Shown here: in pieces, positions 60,042-64,000 of the stretch
How the letters are laid out: each line of letters opens with the position of its first letter
Numbering within the stretch: position 1 is the first letter of the stretch
The notes under the pieces: generated by a model
The model's database searches: none
Seen by the model: the letters and a program-made list of their open reading frames with translations, nothing else
What the model was told of the DNA's origin: nothing
Program-made: the position numbers and the translations under genes
Source of the DNA: Thermoplasmatota archaeon
GTDB lineage: Archaea > Thermoplasmatota > Thermoplasmata > Thermoplasmatales > Thermoplasmataceae
Assembly (NCBI GenBank): GCA_023381355.1
Contig: JAMCUL010000016.1
Location: forward strand, 40,244 to 104,243
Reading direction: 5' to 3'
DNA: 64,000 nucleotides

Positions 60042-60521
60042 GTGCAATGTCTGATAATTAATGAGGGTAGTATATTTGGTTATAAAAATATGACACAGAT
60101 AGCGAAATTTCCTGAGGATGAGGCTTTTGTTATCGATATGGATGCCCTGAATAAATACCAGTTCAACTTCAAGCTTTACTCTGAAATCTCGAAATATATC
60201 GAGTTTACTCTGATGGCCTATCCCTATAAGGAGAATGATCTTATTGACCTCATGATATCCGGTGCATCAAGGGTCGTCATCAATAATACTCTTGACGATG
60301 AAACCCTGCGGAGATTTTTTGACATTACAGATGAGCTTGTAATGAGGTGTTCGAGCCCCATTGACATAAGGAAATTCAATGAGTTCGGTGGAAATATGTA
60401 CCTGACATGTCGTGTTTACGACAGGCCCGGCCTTTATTTCTATTATGGCCCTTTCTTTGAGGTTAATGAAAAAATCATCTGGCTCTCTGATTACCCTGAA
60501 AGTTTGAAATATGACTGCTGA
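60042..60521 (+). CDS. Short HisA/HisF-like protein, function unknown
   Basis: VIDMDA..., DLIDLMISGASRVVI. Confidence 0.5.
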   Translation: MQCLIINEGSIFGYKNMTQIAKFPEDEAFVIDMDALNKYQFNFKLYSEISKYIEFTLMAYPYKENDLIDLMISGASRVVINNTLDDETLRRFFDITDELVMRCSSPIDIRKFNEFGGNMYLTCRVYDRPGLYFYYGPFFEVNEKIIWLSDYPESLKYDC

Positions 60522-60587
60522 TCGAATAGAAATTTCAGGAACCTAAAATAAGGAAATGTAAAAATAATAGTCAGCATTAAGAATGGA

Positions 60588-61490
60588 ATGATAGATCTAA
60601 GGACAAAGGCTGGAGGCATCGAACTCGATACTCCATTAATTCTTGCTTCTGGAATACTTGATGAGAACGGTTACACAATGAGAAGGATACTTGAGGCTGG
60701 TGCCGCTGCAGTTGTCACCAAGTCTATTGGGGTGGATGAAAGGAACGGTTACACATCTCCTGTTGTATTTGAGGGCGAGAATTACATAATAAATGCCATG
60801 GGCCTGCCAAATCCCGGAATAGAAGAATATGGCGGGGAAATTAAGATTGCAGAGGAGGCAGGGAAACCGGTTATAGGAAGCATATTTGCTGCAGATGCTC
60901 CTACTTTCCTGAAACTCGCGGGAGAAATGGTTGATTATGGCGTTAGTGCTATTGAACTGAATCTCTCGTGTCCTCACGTAAAGGGGTTTGGTACAGAGGT
61001 CGGAAGTGATCCCACCCTCGTGAAGGATATTGTAGAAACACTGAAAGCCTCAATAGATATCCCCATATGGTCCAAGCTCTCCCCGAATGTTACAGATATA
61101 GTTGAAATTGGGAGTGCGGCATCAGAAAGCGATGCACTTGTTTTGATAAATACTGTAAGGGCAATGGCAATTGACATAAATGCAAGAATGCCGGTTCTCA
61201 CCAACGTATACGGAGGCCTATCCGGGAATGCCATAAAGCCGGTCGGCCTGAGACTCGTTTATGAAATAAAGAAGGAACTTGACTGCAACATTATTGGTGT
61301 TGGAGGAATTGGCAATGCGTCCGATGCGATTGAATACATCATGGCCGGAGCATCAGCAGTCCAGATCGGTACAGCACTCTGGAGGAAGGGGAGAGGAATA
61401 TTCGATGAAATAAACCAGGGAATATCCGGATTCATGAAGGATAGTGGGATAGGGAGTATAGGAGAGATGATAGGGGTGGCGGTTCAATGA
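60588..61490 (+). CDS. pyrD: Dihydroorotate dehydrogenase 1B catalytic subunit
   Basis: LASG, VTKS, NAMGLPNPG, ELNLSCPH, KLSPN, GGLSG. Confidence 0.95.
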   Translation: MIDLRTKAGGIELDTPLILASGILDENGYTMRRILEAGAAAVVTKSIGVDERNGYTSPVVFEGENYIINAMGLPNPGIEEYGGEIKIAEEAGKPVIGSIFAADAPTFLKLAGEMVDYGVSAIELNLSCPHVKGFGTEVGSDPTLVKDIVETLKASIDIPIWSKLSPNVTDIVEIGSAASESDALVLINTVRAMAIDINARMPVLTNVYGGLSGNAIKPVGLRLVYEIKKELDCNIIGVGGIGNASDAIEYIMAGASAVQIGTALWRKGRGIFDEINQGISGFMKDSGIGSIGEMIGVAVQ

Positions 61491-62236
61491 TCAACCGCCT
61501 GAAGATAATTAAAAAGGTAAGGGAAACCCCAACAGTTTTTTCTCTCTACTTCCACTGGGATGCTGAAGTACTTCCCGGGCAATTTGTGATGGTATGGGTT
61601 CCAGGTTATTCTGAGGTGCCAATGACAGTGGCCTCACGGGAAGGTGAAAAATGCATCACTGTGAAGGTCTATGGCAAAACTACTGAGAGACTTGGTAATA
61701 TGGGGGAAGGGGAATTCCTTTACCTGAGGGGTCCATACGGAAAACCTTTCAGCAGTAGCAGGGGAAAGAAACTCCTGATTGGCGGAGGTTCGGGAATGGC
61801 ATCCCTGAGATCTCTTATCGATGAAGACTCCACTGGCATAATAGCCTCAAAAACTTCTGATGAAATCCTGTTCGAGAAAGATTTCAAGCCGGGAATGGCT
61901 ATTTGCGTCACTGAGGATGGTTCAAGGGGAATGAAAGGCCTTGCCCCGGATGCAATTAACAACCTGGATCTCACGCAGTTTGACACCATTTATGTGTGCG
62001 GGCCTGAGATGATGATGAAGGCAATATTCGATATGCTCAGGGGAAAGGAGTTGAATGTTGAATTTTCCTTTGAAAGAAGCATGAAGTGTGGTATCGGGCT
62101 CTGCGATTCGTGCTCAGTGGATGGATTTCAGGTATGCCGGGACGGACCAACGTTCCACATTAAGGAGGTCGAGAATATGGCCGAATTTGGGAAGACAAGG
62201 CTTGCCTCCTCTGGGAAGAGAATTTACATGAAGTGA
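61487..62236 (+). CDS. pyrK: Dihydroorotate dehydrogenase electron-transfer subunit
   Basis: PGQF, RGPYG, GGGSG, CGPEMM, MKCGIGLCDSC..C.DGP. Confidence 0.93.
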   Translation: MINRLKIIKKVRETPTVFSLYFHWDAEVLPGQFVMVWVPGYSEVPMTVASREGEKCITVKVYGKTTERLGNMGEGEFLYLRGPYGKPFSSSRGKKLLIGGGSGMASLRSLIDEDSTGIIASKTSDEILFEKDFKPGMAICVTEDGSRGMKGLAPDAINNLDLTQFDTIYVCGPEMMMKAIFDMLRGKELNVEFSFERSMKCGIGLCDSCSVDGFQVCRDGPTFHIKEVENMAEFGKTRLASSGKRIYMK

Positions 62237-62871
62237 GAGTAATGCTGATAACAGAAATATTTCATAGCATCCAGGGAGAGGGCCCATTTACCGGAATCCC
62301 GATGATCTTTATCAGGACTAGCCTGTGTAATCTCAGATGCAAATGGTGTGACACAACATACTCTTTTGAGGGCGGCACTGAAATGGAAGTTGATGTACTC
62401 ATAAAAATAGTTGAAGATTCTTGGGAAGAATGGGTTTGCCTGACTGGTGGGGAACCACTTCTCCAGAAAGAGGCGCCAGATCTGGTGAGGAGGATTACAT
62501 CCGCGGGAAAAAGGGTGCTGATAGAAACTGGGGGCTCACTGAGCATAGAACCATATACCATGATTGAAAAAACTGTGATCGACATGGATGTTAAAACACC
62601 ATCATCTGGAGAGGAGAAAAGACTGAGAACCGAAAATCTCAATCTGCTCAGGAAAGAGGATTATGCAAAATTTGTTATCTCCGACGATACAGATTTTGCC
62701 TATCTTGAAAACTTCTACGCCAAATATGGAAAGTTGGTAAATATAGTCGTCCAGCCATCGTATGGAACTCCAGAAGCGTGGATTGCCGAAAGAATAATTG
62801 AAAAGAAGATGCTGGTCAGATTCATGTTGCAGGAGCACAAATATATATGGGGACAGAAAAGAGGGGTGTAG
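62233..62871 (+). CDS. queE: 7-carboxy-7-deazaguanine synthase (radical SAM)
   Basis: EIFHSIQGEG, CNLRCKWCDT, TGGEP, ETGG, QEHKYIW. Confidence 0.9.
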   Translation: MRVMLITEIFHSIQGEGPFTGIPMIFIRTSLCNLRCKWCDTTYSFEGGTEMEVDVLIKIVEDSWEEWVCLTGGEPLLQKEAPDLVRRITSAGKRVLIETGGSLSIEPYTMIEKTVIDMDVKTPSSGEEKRLRTENLNLLRKEDYAKFVISDDTDFAYLENFYAKYGKLVNIVVQPSYGTPEAWIAERIIEKKMLVRFMLQEHKYIWGQKRGV

Positions 62872-64000
62872 ATGGAAGATATTGCTTATACTGGAAACTT
62901 TTACAGGAATGGATCATTTGAGGAACTGACGGTGTATGTCAGTAACGGAATCATCAATGATGTGAGGAAATTCAGGAAAGGGGAGAAGTCAGTATTGCTT
63001 GAGGGCGCAGTACTTCCAGGGTTTACCGATATTCACGTTCATTTCAGGGATCCAGGCGAGACAGAAAAAGAAGACTTCATCACTGGGAGCACGGCAGCGG
63101 CATATGGTGGTACAACAACAGTATTCGATATGCCAAACAATATCATCCCGATCACTGATTATGAAAGATTTAGCAGGAAGAAGGCAGTAATAGAGGGAAG
63201 AAGCTATGTGGACTATGGATTATATTCCATGTATGACGGAACTAATGGCAATATAGTTTCTGGGGAAAGCTCAGCAATCAAGATCTTCATGGGAGGGAGC
63301 ACAAACTCAAAGGGTGCAACCCTGGATTATGAAAATGACTCGTTCCTTAGAGAGTGGCCGAAAAATATAGTTTTTCATGGGGAACTTGATGAATGCCTGA
63401 AAGAGAATAATATAGAGGAGATTACCAGCCTCAAGCTTCACGATTTATCCAGGCCTTCAGTATGTGAAAAGGAGGCAATGAGGATGATCATGAAGGTGAG
63501 GAATAAAAACAAGATTGTCGCTCATTTAAGTGACTGGAATAATCTTTCAGAAAAGGATGCCACCACGAATATTGAAATGACCCCGCATCATATGCTCCTC
63601 AATTATTCGATGAATATTGGATCTCTCGGCAAGGTTAACCCACCCATAAGATCTGCTCAAATTATGAGAGGGAATCTCCAGAGCTTTTTAGACGGAAAAA
63701 TAGACCTGCTTTCCTCAGATCATGCACCGCATAGAGAGGAGGATAAGGAAGAGTTTGAATTTGCGAAATCAGGGATTCCCGGCGTTGAGACCAGAATACC
63801 CCTCATGCTCGCACTTGTGTCCAGGAAAATCCTTCCACTCAGTATACTCGTAAAAACTGGGGCAGAAAATCCCGCAGAGAAATTCAGGATCATGAAGGGA
63901 AAAATTGAGAAGGGCTACTATGCAGACTTTGTATGCGTCAAATTTTCGGACATTTCGAGAATCAACGAAGAACGATTGCATTCAAAAAATCCCAGAACAC
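62872..64000 (+). CDS. pyrC: Dihydroorotase, runs off the window end
   Basis: MEDIAY..LPGFTDIHVHFRDPG..GGTTTVFDMPN..TPHH..KVNPP..SDHAPH..SGIPG. Confidence 0.92.
   Translation, partial: MEDIAYTGNFYRNGSFEELTVYVSNGIINDVRKFRKGEKSVLLEGAVLPGFTDIHVHFRDPGETEKEDFITGSTAAAYGGTTTVFDMPNNIIPITDYERFSRKKAVIEGRSYVDYGLYSMYDGTNGNIVSGESSAIKIFMGGSTNSKGATLDYENDSFLREWPKNIVFHGELDECLKENNIEEITSLKLHDLSRPSVCEKEAMRMIMKVRNKNKIVAHLSDWNNLSEKDATTNIEMTPHHMLLNYSMNIGSLGKVNPPIRSAQIMRGNLQSFLDGKIDLLSSDHAPHREEDKEEFEFAKSGIPGVETRIPLMLALVSRKILPLSILVKTGAENPAEKFRIMKGKIEKGYYADFVCVKFSDISRINEERLHSKNPRT

Noticed and set aside
1-64000. Many 60-190-aa ORFs in the track antisense to, or nested in, longer genes (e.g. 53000-53569, 30651-31175, 44468-44932)
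   Set aside because: Shadow frames of well-supported genes, with no motifs of their own
1-64000. CRISPR array, cas genes, rRNA, intact transposase or integrase
   Set aside because: No regularly spaced 24-40-bp repeats or matching genes were seen on reading

Overview
Compact archaeal chromosome segment, most consistent with Thermoplasmatales. This is inferred from gene content: rpoE1-spt4-DUF359-rps24e-rps27ae, Alba, PriS, NMD3, Elp3, Rqc2, split MetE, sedolisin, kdpFABC. Most of the window is housekeeping and metabolic genes. It also carries two tRNAs (Leu-UAA, Arg-CCG), several small ORFs missed by the ORF track (rps27ae, kdpF, a 58-aa acidic protein, a 33-aa membrane peptide) and a window-truncated pyrC. 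Decayed accessory patches include an ISL3-like remnant, a peptidase S51 pseudogene, a probable IS605/TnpB end and a GHKL+STAS-like pseudogene pair. I saw no CRISPR array, rRNA or intact mobile element. The most notable observations are: (1) tRNA-Arg whose first two bases are the last two bases of the upstream gene's stop codon; (2) a HerA/TraD-like ATPase fused to a PD-(D/E)xK-like domain; (3) a heme-oxygenase-like dimetal oxidase lacking the CADD donor Tyr; (4) a long-chain prenyl synthase + Get3/ArsA-like ATPase + small protein operon; (5) an RNAP stalk subunit with a long basic/acidic tail; (6) a probable CTG start codon. All family calls come from motif recognition by eye, with no database search.
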